A stretch of 64,000 nt of DNA from a bacterium (GCA_963676395.1 OY781066.1:256001-320000); one strand, 5' to 3'; counted from the stretch's first letter, positions 39,817-50,215 are shown. Translations and numbers: made by a program. Notes: generated from the letters alone by a model not told the origin.

Positions 39817-40614
39817 ATGATTAAAAAGTTTATAATATTAACATTCATCAGCCTCAACCTTATATCAATTCTTTTTTCGCAGGAAAAAGATATGTTTAAA
39901 GGATACAAGGCAAATATGATTCATCCAAATATCAAAGAATATCCTGAAGTAATTCAATCACTTGATAGAATAAAGGCAGAATACTACAATAATCGTTATA
40001 AATACCCTGACTATAAAATGACAAATATGGAATTGAAAAAATACGCCAATGCGTTTATTAGTTCATATATGTATCATTCGAAATCACCTCACAAAGGATA
40101 TATTGAAAAATATTTTCGCGAATCATACCCAATTGGAGGTGAAATGCTCAATAACTTTACTAAGCTAGGATTCCCATATAATCTACTTATCATGAATAAA
40201 GGAATCATTTTAGGTGAAATTCTTGATGATAAAATGTTACCAAAAATGAAAACTCCCTATCCCCCTCCCCCAATTAAAATCTATGAATATGTTGCAACCG
40301 TGAAAATACTTGAAGACATTTTCGATTCCTTTGAAGGAGATACAATATACATAAGGCATGATAAATCGCTATTGGAGGATTACAGCAATCACTTAAACTC
40401 TCTCTTACTATTTACATTTAAATCCGGTGGCACAATTCAAAGAGCAGATTCTGTCCAATATATCCACCTAACCGGGAAGCCTTTAGAATTCATGTTTGTA
40501 AAAAATAATAATATTTACAATCCAAATAATATTCATGGAATCAACCCAATTCCCTATCTGGAGTTCAAACAAGCATTGACAGATTTTATAATAAATGAGG
40601 ATATTAAGAAATGA
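39817..40614 (+). CDS. Secreted hypothetical protein A1 (possible TIMP/NTR-like OB fold)
   Basis: RBS GAGGAG, signal peptide; paralog of 41514-42317 (YPIG, EYV...I(L/I)EDIF...EGDTI..RH, IQRADSVQ, MFVK). Confidence 0.75.
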   Translation: MIKKFIILTFISLNLISILFSQEKDMFKGYKANMIHPNIKEYPEVIQSLDRIKAEYYNNRYKYPDYKMTNMELKKYANAFISSYMYHSKSPHKGYIEKYFRESYPIGGEMLNNFTKLGFPYNLLIMNKGIILGEILDDKMLPKMKTPYPPPPIKIYEYVATVKILEDIFDSFEGDTIYIRHDKSLLEDYSNHLNSLLLFTFKSGGTIQRADSVQYIHLTGKPLEFMFVKNNNIYNPNNIHGINPIPYLEFKQALTDFIINEDIKK

Positions 40615-41473
40615 TACGTATAAAAATATTAATCATTTCCTTATCATTAATATGCTCTGGATTTGGCGAGGTAAACTATCATCCTTATTTATTTAAGTAT
40701 AATCCAGACAGTCTAAAAATTCTAATGGATTCACTGGAAACTGTAAACGAAGATAATGTAAGAGCTTGTACATTCTGGTATAATATGTGGGAATATCACT
40801 GTGATGAATTTGAAGCGATAGATATGCGCACTGATTATATTGTAAATAATAGCATTCAAGACCTAAATTCATATGAGGTAGAAAATGTAGCAATAAAACA
40901 ATGGAATGCTATTGTTGAAACAGGTGATCCATTGGATGAAAGAGCACTATTTAATATTAGAAATGATCTTACCTATAATAGTTCTGTTTGGATAGTTCAA
41001 CTATATAACAATTGGAATGAGTATCATGAAAACTACAGTGCACCAGGTATAACATGTAATTCATTTAAATCTCAATCATGGTCAGTTTTTGATGAGAACC
41101 ACACTCCTTATTGTCATACTTATTCAAATTCCACATCCGATCAAAATTTAGTCAATAATAACAAACAAACAATAATTTATATAAATGCAAGTGATGCAGG
41201 TGTCCTCTCATTCAAATTTGTAGATGGAGAACCTTACGAATATGCATCACCAATAGAAGTCAACATCCAACATATTGTATAGGTCATGTCCTCGGACTTG
41301 CTGATGACACCAGCTCTGTTGATGGTGTAGAAACGATAATGAGCCAGGGCTCATATTGGAATAGATCTGTTGAACAAGAATTAAGAAACACCCTCGAAAT
41401 AATGTATGATGTAGAAATGAATTCACCCGGCATACCACACAAGCAACTGAGCAAATTTTCTTTGATGGATTGA
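40611..41473 (+). pseudogene. Secreted metzincin (matrixin/M10-like) B1, frameshift deletion inside the HExxH motif
   Basis: ORF ends ...NIQHIV*. Another frame resumes at 41282 with GHVLGLADD...ETIM...LEIMY...* (41473). About 10 nt covering 'HE' are missing relative to paralog B2. Confidence 0.8.
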
Positions 41474-41513
41474 AAAAGTAATACTTAAAACCAAAACAAG
41501 AAAGCAAAAGAGC

Positions 41514-42317
41514 ATGAAAAACAGAAATCTCATCACCATGACAATTATAATTGTACTATGTATGTGTTCAATCATTTTTGCAAAAAAAAGAGGGTATTCC
41601 CCAGTTGAGGGTTACCCATCAATTAATAACTACCCTCTTGAAATCCAGCTCATGGATTCAATGAAAACAGAGCTTTTTAAAAATCATTTTCGTAAAAACG
41701 GGAAAGGGTTAAAGAAAGAAGTTCCAGATGACTTTATAAAGTCATTTGCAAGTGCGTATATTGATTTTTATATGCAGTACACAAATCTTGAAAGAAAAGG
41801 GTATAAATATCAGTATATGAAAGAAACATATCCCATTGGTTTAAAAATGGCTAATGAAATGTTTAAACTGCCATATCCCTGGAGCTTATTGCTTGAGACA
41901 AAAGGTTTTGCACTTGCTAAAATTATTGATGACAAAAAAATGCCAAAACGAAAGACAGCAACAACAAATAGTTTAAATGAATATGTACTGGAAGCGCAAA
42001 TCATTGAAGATATTTTCAATACTCATGAAGGTGATACTATTTTTGTAAGACATAATGAATCTATTTTCGAAAAATATCCTAATTACAAAGACATGAATAT
42101 ACTCTTCTCTTTTAGACCCAGAGGTTCTATTCAAAGAGCAGATTCAGTACAGTTTATTTATGTACTGGGAGGACATAATGAATATATGTTTGTAAAAGAC
42201 GATATCATTTTTGACCCTAATGATGTTTTAAGAGAAGAAAACAAGGGATATGATAGATTCAAAGAAGATTTAATGCAAATATTACCCACAACAAGTAAAG
42301 CGAGGATGCTTAAATGA
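41514..42317 (+). CDS. Secreted hypothetical protein A2, paralog of A1
   Basis: Signal peptide; motifs shared with A1, including the identical DNA stretch ATTCAAAGAGCAGATTC. Confidence 0.75.
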   Translation: MKNRNLITMTIIIVLCMCSIIFAKKRGYSPVEGYPSINNYPLEIQLMDSMKTELFKNHFRKNGKGLKKEVPDDFIKSFASAYIDFYMQYTNLERKGYKYQYMKETYPIGLKMANEMFKLPYPWSLLLETKGFALAKIIDDKKMPKRKTATTNSLNEYVLEAQIIEDIFNTHEGDTIFVRHNESIFEKYPNYKDMNILFSFRPRGSIQRADSVQFIYVLGGHNEYMFVKDDIIFDPNDVLREENKGYDRFKEDLMQILPTTSKARMLK

Positions 42318-43384
42318 AAAAACTATTGATTATCTGCTTGCTCATCTCATTTTGTATTTCAGCTTTTGGAATAGATTTTTATCCCATAATTCTAAGGTTT
42401 AATCCAAACAACGGTAATGGATTTATAACTTCATAAAGCGTAAGTTCATTATCAAACCTAAAAAAATGGCGTAAACACTATTTGCTATTTTATGATTATT
42501 GGTTTTTTTCTGCTAATGATCCAATAGTCCTAGAAATTGAGTGGCTCAACTATAGTTTGATGCCAGGCTTACCCGGAGAAGATGTAAGTAAAGATGATAT
42601 TTTAAGTGCTGCTGAAAACGCTATTGAAACGTGGAATGAAATACCATATAACAAAGGTGATATATTTATTGAATACGATGAAGATTTTCATGATAACAAA
42701 ATCCCCGTCTGGATCACTGATGATTTAGATAATTTCCCCTTAATTGAAACGACGCATTTCGCAGGAATTACATGTTTGTGTGTTAATAAATATACCGGAT
42801 ACAATATGAGCTATGATTGTTACTTCTCAGATTATGAATATAATGAGATAGATCCAAATCCACCATTAAATGGATTTGTGGGTTCATCTGTATACTTAAA
42901 TGGTGACGTAGATGCAAATATGTATTTTGATTAGGTATGGGGTGAACCATTCTGGGTGAGTGACGTAGATATTGAACATATAATCATGCATGAATTAGGA
43001 CATGTGTTAGGTCTTACTGATGACAAAGACCAGGATTCTTCTTCCCTCCCGGAACCAGTTGCCGATCAGGCGATATATCATTTACGCCGTTCTTTAAAGG
43101 GATATAATGACAAAAACATCTATATTTCTCTTGGTAATGCTTATTGGACCCTAGAAGATTATGATAAAGCTGAAAAAAACTTTTTAATCGTTACAAGCAT
43201 GTTTCCACAAATGTTAGCCCCTCATTTTTGGTTAGCTACACTTTACTATGATATTGGAAGATTTAACGATTGTATTACTCAGTTAAAACATATTATTGAT
43301 GCGCAACCTAAGATCATGTCGGATGAAGTCCGAGCAATTAAGAATGATGCTTTCTTACTTTTAGAAGGGATTATTGCTCATTAG
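42314..43384 (+). pseudogene. Secreted metzincin B2 with two in-frame stops, 3'-fused to an unrelated TPR tail
   Basis: One reading frame from ATG 42314 (MKKLLIICLL signal peptide), broken by TAA 42434 and TAG 42932. ORFs 42482 and 42956 are in this frame. HELGHVLGLTD is followed by TPR-like sequence (ISLGNAY...AEKNF...LATLYY). Confidence 0.82.
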
Positions 43385-43591
43385 ATTTTATAGAAAACGA
43401 TTAGAATGAAATCTCAACATACAATGCCATATATAGAGAGCAATTGAGAGGAATATTTTGAGTCAATACTTTTCACAATTCAATTTGTAAGTGAGTTAAG
43501 CTAATAAAAAGAAATATAACTTTCAATAGATTTTCAAAGCATTTTGGGTTTATTTTTATTATTATTCGCTCATTAGAATAAGGAGATTGGA

Positions 43592-44698
43592 ATGCATCAA
43601 AATTTAAAAATCACTCATATTGACATTTTTCCCTTTAATGTCGCCTCAGAACACGAATTTAAAATCGCCACAATGGTAATTTCAGGTGCTGAAAATGTTT
43701 TAATTAGAATCAGAACCAACGAAGGAATTGATGGCTGGGGTGAAGCTTCATCCTTCCGTGCTATCGTTGGTGAAACACAAAAAATCAATTTAGCGGCCGC
43801 TCAAGAACTTCGTGAGATGTTAATTGGTAAGAATCCACTGGACTATGCCAGCAGAATCCGCGAAATGGATGCTTTTTTACCACTCAATGCTACGATTAAG
43901 TCAGCTTTTGATATGGCATTGTACGATCTTGCCTCGAAGCACGCCAATTTACCTCTTTATCGTTTTCTTGGTGGAGAAAAAAGACTGATCGAAACCGACC
44001 TGACCATGGGCATTGCCAAACTTGAAGACGCCGGCAAAGATGCCATGAAAATTGTCAACCAGGGTTTTAAAAAGATCAAAACAAAAGTAGGGATTGATCC
44101 CGAAGAAGATATTTTAAGATTAAAAGCTATTCGTGAGGCGGTTGGACCCGATATTAAGATACGTATAGACGCCAATCAGGGCTGGGATCGTGTAACGGCC
44201 GTTAAATGCCTGCAGGCCATGGAGCCACTGGATATCGAGTTTTGCGAGCAACCTACACGTCGCTGGGACCTTGATGGCATGAAATATGTTTCAGAACGCA
44301 CCAGTATTCCCATTATGGCAGATGAATCTGTATTTTCACCCGAAGATGCCATGATGGTTATCCAAAAACAAGCGGCACCAATGATCAATATTAAAATATC
44401 TAAATCCGGTGGAATTAAAAATGCCATCATGATCGCAAACATTTGCGAAGCGGCTCATATTCCATGTATGACCGGTTGTATGTCCGAATCGGGACTTGCC
44501 AATACAGCTTTCTCACATTTCGCCATGGCACATCCCATTGTGCAATATTTTGATCTGGATGCCAATGTCGGTCATATCAACGAACCCATTATTGGTGGTG
44601 TGATCATCGAAAACGGGACGGTATCTTTCCCCGATGATATGATAGGTATCGGTGCTTATCCGGATCCTAATTTCATAAAAACACTAAAATCCATTTAG
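43592..44698 (+). CDS. Dipeptide (L-Ala-D/L-Glu) epimerase, enolase superfamily
   Basis: GWGEAS, DMALYDL, KTK, IDANQGW, EQP, ADES, NIKISK, GCMSES, DLD. Confidence 0.9.
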   Translation: MHQNLKITHIDIFPFNVASEHEFKIATMVISGAENVLIRIRTNEGIDGWGEASSFRAIVGETQKINLAAAQELREMLIGKNPLDYASRIREMDAFLPLNATIKSAFDMALYDLASKHANLPLYRFLGGEKRLIETDLTMGIAKLEDAGKDAMKIVNQGFKKIKTKVGIDPEEDILRLKAIREAVGPDIKIRIDANQGWDRVTAVKCLQAMEPLDIEFCEQPTRRWDLDGMKYVSERTSIPIMADESVFSPEDAMMVIQKQAAPMINIKISKSGGIKNAIMIANICEAAHIPCMTGCMSESGLANTAFSHFAMAHPIVQYFDLDANVGHINEPIIGGVIIENGTVSFPDDMIGIGAYPDPNFIKTLKSI

Positions 44699-44727
44699 AA
44701 TAAATAATATTAGATTTTTAAATGCAC

Positions 44728-44751
44728 GGGCGACCTTGGGTCGCCCATTTT
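44728..44751 (+). terminator. Terminator of the epimerase gene
   Basis: GGGCGACC-TTG-GGTCGCCC-ATTTT. Confidence 0.75.
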
Positions 44752-44766
44752 ATTTATACAATAATA

Positions 44767-44790
44767 AAGGCGGACATAATGGTCCGCCTT
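44767..44790 (-). terminator. Terminator of the esterase gene
   Basis: AAGGCGGAC-ATAATG-GTCCGCCTT. Confidence 0.7.
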
Positions 44791-44817
44791 AAAGTGTTCA
44801 ACTTATCAGAACAATAA

Positions 44818-46428
44818 TTATTTCAATAGCATCAACTTTTGTGTTTTGTGCTCTTCGCCAACCTGTAATTTAACAATGTACACACCTGAAGAAAAGTTTC
44901 CGGCGTTCCATGCCAATTCATAAGCTCCCTGCTCATAAACTTCATTTATCAGTTTTGCAACACACTTTCCTTTGATATCATAAATATTCAGGCTTGTATG
45001 TGAGCATTCGGGAACCGTAAAGCTAATATTACAAAGTGGATTAAATGGATTTGGATAGCTCTGCAACAGGACATGATCCATAGTTTCATGATAATTTTTT
45101 ATTGATACCACCTTATTTACATTAAAACTAAATGATGGATCGGTAAGTGCATACTGAGGGTATGCAAATGGTGTACTTCGCGTTGAGGGAGCATAATTAT
45201 AAGTTTCAGAACCTAAATTTAAACTGAAAGTAAATGTATCACCAATTTTTGCCGGGAATTCAAATTCCAGATCCGTCATAACATGATCAAAAGTGGTATC
45301 ACCTTCACAGTGTAGCACAATGGTTGTATCCAACACTTCATCCATATCAACCAAAACTGTTACCGTACTATCTATGGGCCTTCCCAACATTTCCAAATAT
45401 TGCGCCGCCATTTTAAAACCAATCCGATTCAAAGCACCACCACTAAAATGCATATTCTTGCTGGAATAACGGTAATTTTTACAATCATCAACATCTACAC
45501 AAGCACAATCTGCACGATGATTAGGCAAATCTCTTTGAGCAGCTCTAACGGGTTCTTCGTAATTTGAATCCGGATTCCAATTGATTTGCACACAAATAAA
45601 AGGAAGATTATCCAGCTCAGAATCATTGGTAAAACGTGCACGGATTCTATCAACAAAATTCTGAAGATTCCTGGGATATGCAGAAGATGCCTGCGGGGTT
45701 TCGTCACTTTCACCCTGAAACCAGTAAAAGGCTACATATTTTGGTTCATATCCTTTTTCGCGAAAAGCGATCTCGGCATTTTCGTGCTTTTCAACAAACC
45801 ATTGCCAGGTAGTACCATCAGGTTTCCAATCTTCATAAAGTGATGTTCCACTATAAGGTGCTTTTAAAATCGCCAATGAATCGCTAAAATTATTGTACAA
45901 GGTTCTTGCCAGTAAAATTTCCAATCCAAAACCATGATTATATCCATCACAGTAACTCCGTGACATACCAAATTTTGTGAGAAGCCCTAAGGTTGAAAGA
46001 CCAAATTCACCGCCGGAATAAGCCAAATAATATGGGATATGAGTATCAACCGTATCTTCAATAAAATATTTTAAATCACCACAATGTTCGGCATTTGATT
46101 GCCCGGATATAACAACCACTTTTCTGTCCTGACGATAAGCTACATAATTCATACTATCAAGCAGTGTATCCAAAGCACTGATCTCATAACTTTCTGGTGA
46201 AAATAGAAAAGCTCTATATTTAGGAGCAAAAGAGGTATCAATACCTGCTGGGATCTTTGCTGTATAATATCCACTGCTATCCGTTTTCACTCCGGCAATT
46301 GATACGTTCTCCATCCCTTCTCCATCTAAAACAATGCGTCCAAACACGGTAAGAGAATCCACTTCACTTGCGTGTAAGCATGCAGATAAAAGCATGAATC
46401 CAATGAACAGATTCTTTAGCAATTTCAT
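44818..46428 (-). CDS. Secreted SGNH/SASA-type (sialate/carbohydrate O-acetyl)esterase with CTD
   Basis: Signal peptide; ISGQSNA, FGLE, WFQGESD, NMHF; C-terminal SYPNPFNP...QKLMLLK. Confidence 0.82.
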   Translation of the reverse strand: MKLLKNLFIGFMLLSACLHASEVDSLTVFGRIVLDGEGMENVSIAGVKTDSSGYYTAKIPAGIDTSFAPKYRAFLFSPESYEISALDTLLDSMNYVAYRQDRKVVVISGQSNAEHCGDLKYFIEDTVDTHIPYYLAYSGGEFGLSTLGLLTKFGMSRSYCDGYNHGFGLEILLARTLYNNFSDSLAILKAPYSGTSLYEDWKPDGTTWQWFVEKHENAEIAFREKGYEPKYVAFYWFQGESDETPQASSAYPRNLQNFVDRIRARFTNDSELDNLPFICVQINWNPDSNYEEPVRAAQRDLPNHRADCACVDVDDCKNYRYSSKNMHFSGGALNRIGFKMAAQYLEMLGRPIDSTVTVLVDMDEVLDTTIVLHCEGDTTFDHVMTDLEFEFPAKIGDTFTFSLNLGSETYNYAPSTRSTPFAYPQYALTDPSFSFNVNKVVSIKNYHETMDHVLLQSYPNPFNPLCNISFTVPECSHTSLNIYDIKGKCVAKLINEVYEQGAYELAWNAGNFSSGVYIVKLQVGEEHKTQKLMLLK

Positions 46429-46925
46429 TTTTTGACTCCTTCTTTTCTATTTTATAAAAACAATTCTTCTTTTATATCTTCGTTTTGGCTTCCCACACAC
46501 AATATATATTACATGTTATGCGCCTCAAAGCTAAAATGATGTTCCCTGAAGCTTAGGTAAGCCTGGAAAATTCAGTGGTTTTCTTTCCATTCAAATTGAT
46601 CTTCATCATAACACTAAATGAATCGGGATAGGTATTTAATGATAGAGTATCATTTTCCACTTCGCTTTTAGCGGTTCCCGATGGAATATAAAAATAAAAG
46701 CAACCCTGTTCATCGTTTTGATTTTACCCCTAAGCCGATTAAAGTTTAAACTACATAAATATTACATGCTCTATAACGGCAAAATTTATACAAATCTATA
46801 TAATAATCCAAATTATGATTTTTTTAAATTGCTAGTTGATGTTTGCAATCGGCAAGTAATTCTTTATTCAATATTTTCACATCAAGTTCTGTACTAGAAA
46901 TTAATACTCATTATATAGGAATAAT

Positions 46926-46954
46926 AAAAAAAGGAACGCATTTCAGCGTTCCTT
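46926..46954 (-). terminator. Terminator of nagA
   Basis: A-tract + AAGGAACGC-ATTTCA-GCGTTCCTT. Confidence 0.75.
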
Positions 46955-46978
46955 AAATTAATAATATTTGAAAGAATA

Positions 46979-48157
46979 TTATTCTTTCATCATTTTAATA
47001 TCACCTTTTACCATGGTCATACGAACATTGTAGTTTTCATCAAACACCACAATATCAGCATCACGCCCGGGCATAATATACCCTGTCTCAATCTGTTTTG
47101 AGATAACTGTAGCAGGATTACATGAGGACATACGAAGTGCATCTTCCATTGGAACATCCATATCTTCAACAAGATTTTTTACACCTTGGATCATTGTAAG
47201 GGCTGAGCCGGCAATCGTATCATCACCACATTTATGAAAAAGACCGTCTTTGAGGTGTACTTCTTCGTTATTTGCAAGCAATTTACCTTCTTTTTGACCT
47301 GTAGGACGTAAACAATCCGTAACCAATACGATCTTATGAACCGGCTTAACACGACGTAGTAATTTTACAATAGCCGCATGTAAATGATATCCATCGGCAA
47401 TGATCTCACATGCGATATTGGGATAGATCATAATAGCACCCACCACACCCGGATCACGGTGATGCAGTCTACGCATAGCATTAAAGAAATGAGTTGAATG
47501 TAAAATACCGGCTTGAACCGCTTCCATCATATCATCATAGGTTGCGTTTGAATGACCTGCTGCCAGTACGATCCCCTGTTTTGCACAATATAAAGCAAGT
47601 TCATGTACGCCATCCAATTCGGGAGCTACCGTCATTAAAGAAATATTCCCATCGGCGGCTTCTACATATTCTTTCATTTTATCAAGATCAATTGGTATCA
47701 TATATTTTGGATCTAAAGCACCGTGTTTTTCACGAGAAATAAATGGGCCTTCAAGGTTGGCTCCAAAGATCTTTGCTCCTTCTTCTTTTCCCATCGCCTC
47801 ATTGATCGCTTCGATACATTTAATAAATTGACTGTGTTCCTGGGGATAAAGTGTTGGACAAAAAGCGGTTACTCCATATTCAACCAATGCTTTGGACATT
47901 TCAAGAATGGATTCAGCATTGGCATCAGAAGTATCAAAACCATGGATCCCATGTATATGAGTATCAATAAAACCCGGAGCAACATAGGCACCATTCAAAT
48001 GTATATGAGTAGTATCCTCGGAAAACTCCATTTTATCAAGTTTGTCATTTTTTATCACATCAACAACTTTACCATCTTCAACAATAACATTTGCATGTTC
48101 AACCATTGCGATTCCGGTGAAGACTGTAGCGTTTCTTAAGCATATTGTTTTTGACAT
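46979..48157 (-). CDS. nagA: N-acetylglucosamine-6-phosphate deacetylase
   Basis: PGFIDTHIHG, LEGPFI, TVAPE, GHSNA, THFFNAM, IADGYH, VTD, IAGS. Confidence 0.93.
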   Translation of the reverse strand: MSKTICLRNATVFTGIAMVEHANVIVEDGKVVDVIKNDKLDKMEFSEDTTHIHLNGAYVAPGFIDTHIHGIHGFDTSDANAESILEMSKALVEYGVTAFCPTLYPQEHSQFIKCIEAINEAMGKEEGAKIFGANLEGPFISREKHGALDPKYMIPIDLDKMKEYVEAADGNISLMTVAPELDGVHELALYCAKQGIVLAAGHSNATYDDMMEAVQAGILHSTHFFNAMRRLHHRDPGVVGAIMIYPNIACEIIADGYHLHAAIVKLLRRVKPVHKIVLVTDCLRPTGQKEGKLLANNEEVHLKDGLFHKCGDDTIAGSALTMIQGVKNLVEDMDVPMEDALRMSSCNPATVISKQIETGYIMPGRDADIVVFDENYNVRMTMVKGDIKMMKE

Positions 48158-48347
48158 ATTTTTCCCTTTCAACATCTGTGAAATGTAAGGTTTCAAGCAT
48201 ATGAATAAAAGAAAAATCGGATGAATTATTTAATGTGATAATTGGTATAATAATTTACAAAATCATATAATTTATAAGCTTGAGTTTGAGCCCTAAATTT
48301 CTGATAATACTATTATTTATCCTAAGAATTCCCTGGATTACAAAAAA

Positions 48348-49655
48348 TTATTTATTTAGAAGAAACGTTTTAAATACCTCAAAATCATTTTCCATTAAAA
48401 CAGCTTTCTTCTCTAACTCTTGAACTTTCGCCAATCTTTCGGGCATAGGTGGTTCTATCCCCAGTACCGGCTCAACCACATCGCCAAATTTCGCAGGATG
48501 GGCTGTTTCAACAGTGATACAAATATCGTCTCCATTAACAACCTTATGGTATTTTTCTGCCGCACACATTCCAACCGCACCATGAGGATCCAGTATATAT
48601 TTGTATTTATCATAGCTTGCTTTGATCTGGTCTCTTGTTTCCGAATCAAAAAACGACCAGGATTCTATATCCTGCTTCATAAATGGTACCGCATGACCAT
48701 AAAGATCCTGAATTCTTACAATATTACTGGGTGCGCCAACATCCATGGCGTTTGAGATCGTATGTTTTGTATCCTGGCTTTCATACATACCTGTATTTAA
48801 GTACTTAGTCAGGCTATCATTTTTATTACAAGCAGCCACAAATTTTTTAACCGGCAAGCCCATACGCTTAGCAATAAGACCGGCTGAAATATTTCCGAGA
48901 TTACCACTGGGTACAACAATAACGGGATCTTCCATAATCTCTTTCTCTCGTAATTGCTTTACGGCATTAAAGTAGTAAAAGCTTTGGGGGATCAATCGAG
49001 CCAGATTAATTGAATTAGCTGAAGAAAGAGTCATTTTTTTACTCAATTCTTCATCGACAAAAGCATTCTTGACTAAAGCTTGACAGTCATCAAAAGACCC
49101 TTTTACTTCGATAGCTGTGATATTCTTGCCTAAAGTCGTCAGTTGCTGTTCTTGTACTTTTGATATTTTTCCCGAGGGATATAGAAGTACCACATCGATG
49201 CCTTCTACGCCATAAAAACCGTGAGCAACAGCTGAGCCGGTATCTCCCGAGGTAGCCACCAACACAGTTGCTTTTTCACCACTTCCCTGTTGATAATAAC
49301 TCATTAATCTTGCCATAAACCGTGCACCGACATCCTTAAAAGCCAAGGTGGGTCCATGAAATAATTCAAGAATATAATTTTTATCATCCAATTTCACCAA
49401 GGGTGTATTGAATGACAAAGTATCATCAACGATTTGAACGATCACGTCGGAAGGAAGATCATCACCCAGCAAAGTTAAGGCAACTGCAGCAGATAATTCC
49501 TTAAAAGAAAGCTTATGCATATTATCGAAAAATCGCGGTGGCATCTGAGGAATTTCTTCAGGCATATATAGACCTTTATCTTTAGGGAGTCCTTGAAGAA
49601 CTGCGGTCCTCAGATCAACATTCTCTACTTCCATATTTGTGCTGAAATATTTCAT
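48348..49655 (-). CDS. thrC: Threonine synthase
   Basis: LELFHGPTLAFKD, ATSGDTGSA, FDDCQ, SANSIN, PSGNLGN, TAHPAKF. Confidence 0.96.
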   Translation of the reverse strand: MKYFSTNMEVENVDLRTAVLQGLPKDKGLYMPEEIPQMPPRFFDNMHKLSFKELSAAVALTLLGDDLPSDVIVQIVDDTLSFNTPLVKLDDKNYILELFHGPTLAFKDVGARFMARLMSYYQQGSGEKATVLVATSGDTGSAVAHGFYGVEGIDVVLLYPSGKISKVQEQQLTTLGKNITAIEVKGSFDDCQALVKNAFVDEELSKKMTLSSANSINLARLIPQSFYYFNAVKQLREKEIMEDPVIVVPSGNLGNISAGLIAKRMGLPVKKFVAACNKNDSLTKYLNTGMYESQDTKHTISNAMDVGAPSNIVRIQDLYGHAVPFMKQDIESWSFFDSETRDQIKASYDKYKYILDPHGAVGMCAAEKYHKVVNGDDICITVETAHPAKFGDVVEPVLGIEPPMPERLAKVQELEKKAVLMENDFEVFKTFLLNK

Positions 49656-49807
49656 ATGCTTCCTTTTGTTCTATTCATGCGAAAATATAATTCTTTAATT
49701 CAATTTGAGTCAAATTATTTGAGTCGATTTATTTAATCCCATTTTTTATTTCTTTTTCCCGTTTTGCTTACTTATTTTTGTATGTCAACAAAAACATAGG
49801 AGCTATC

Positions 49808-50215
49808 ATGAAACGTTTTCTTTCTTTTTGCTTATTTTTCTCAATTATACTTTTAGCTATATCCTGTACATCAGCCTATACATCAAGTGATGGAGATTAT
49901 CTTGAAAAATACTATGCTCCCGAAACACTATTAACCCTTGTTGAAAATCCCGATTCAAACATTTGGATCGTTGATGTCCGCGGTGAAGCAGCTTACAATA
50001 ATCGTCACATCCCTACCGCTAAAAACTATCCTTCTTCAACGATTATGGGACAGCTTGATGAAATACCAAAAAGCATTGGTCTTATCTTCTATTGTGAAAC
50101 AGGTGGTCGTGCACAAATGGTTATTAACAACCTGGAAAAAGAAGGCTACACCAAAATGCTAAATTGGGGCGGTAATTCACGATGGCCTTATGATTTTGAA
50201 ACTAATGATGAGTAA
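49808..50215 (+). CDS. Rhodanese-domain lipoprotein
   Basis: Lipobox AISC; VDVR...HIPTA; active-site loop YCETGGRA. Confidence 0.88.
   Translation: MKRFLSFCLFFSIILLAISCTSAYTSSDGDYLEKYYAPETLLTLVENPDSNIWIVDVRGEAAYNNRHIPTAKNYPSSTIMGQLDEIPKSIGLIFYCETGGRAQMVINNLEKEGYTKMLNWGGNSRWPYDFETNDE

Noticed and set aside
42434..42934. Stop-codon readthrough or recoding (Sec/Pyl, alternative code) in B2
   Set aside because: The stops are TAA and TAG, both used as normal terminators elsewhere in the window; neighbouring genes also show decay, so pseudogenisation is simpler
46553..46720. Start-less minus-strand frame of about 55 codons (DEQGCFYFYIPSGTAK...SRLT*)
   Set aside because: Could be a gene remnant, but there is no start, RBS or recognisable family
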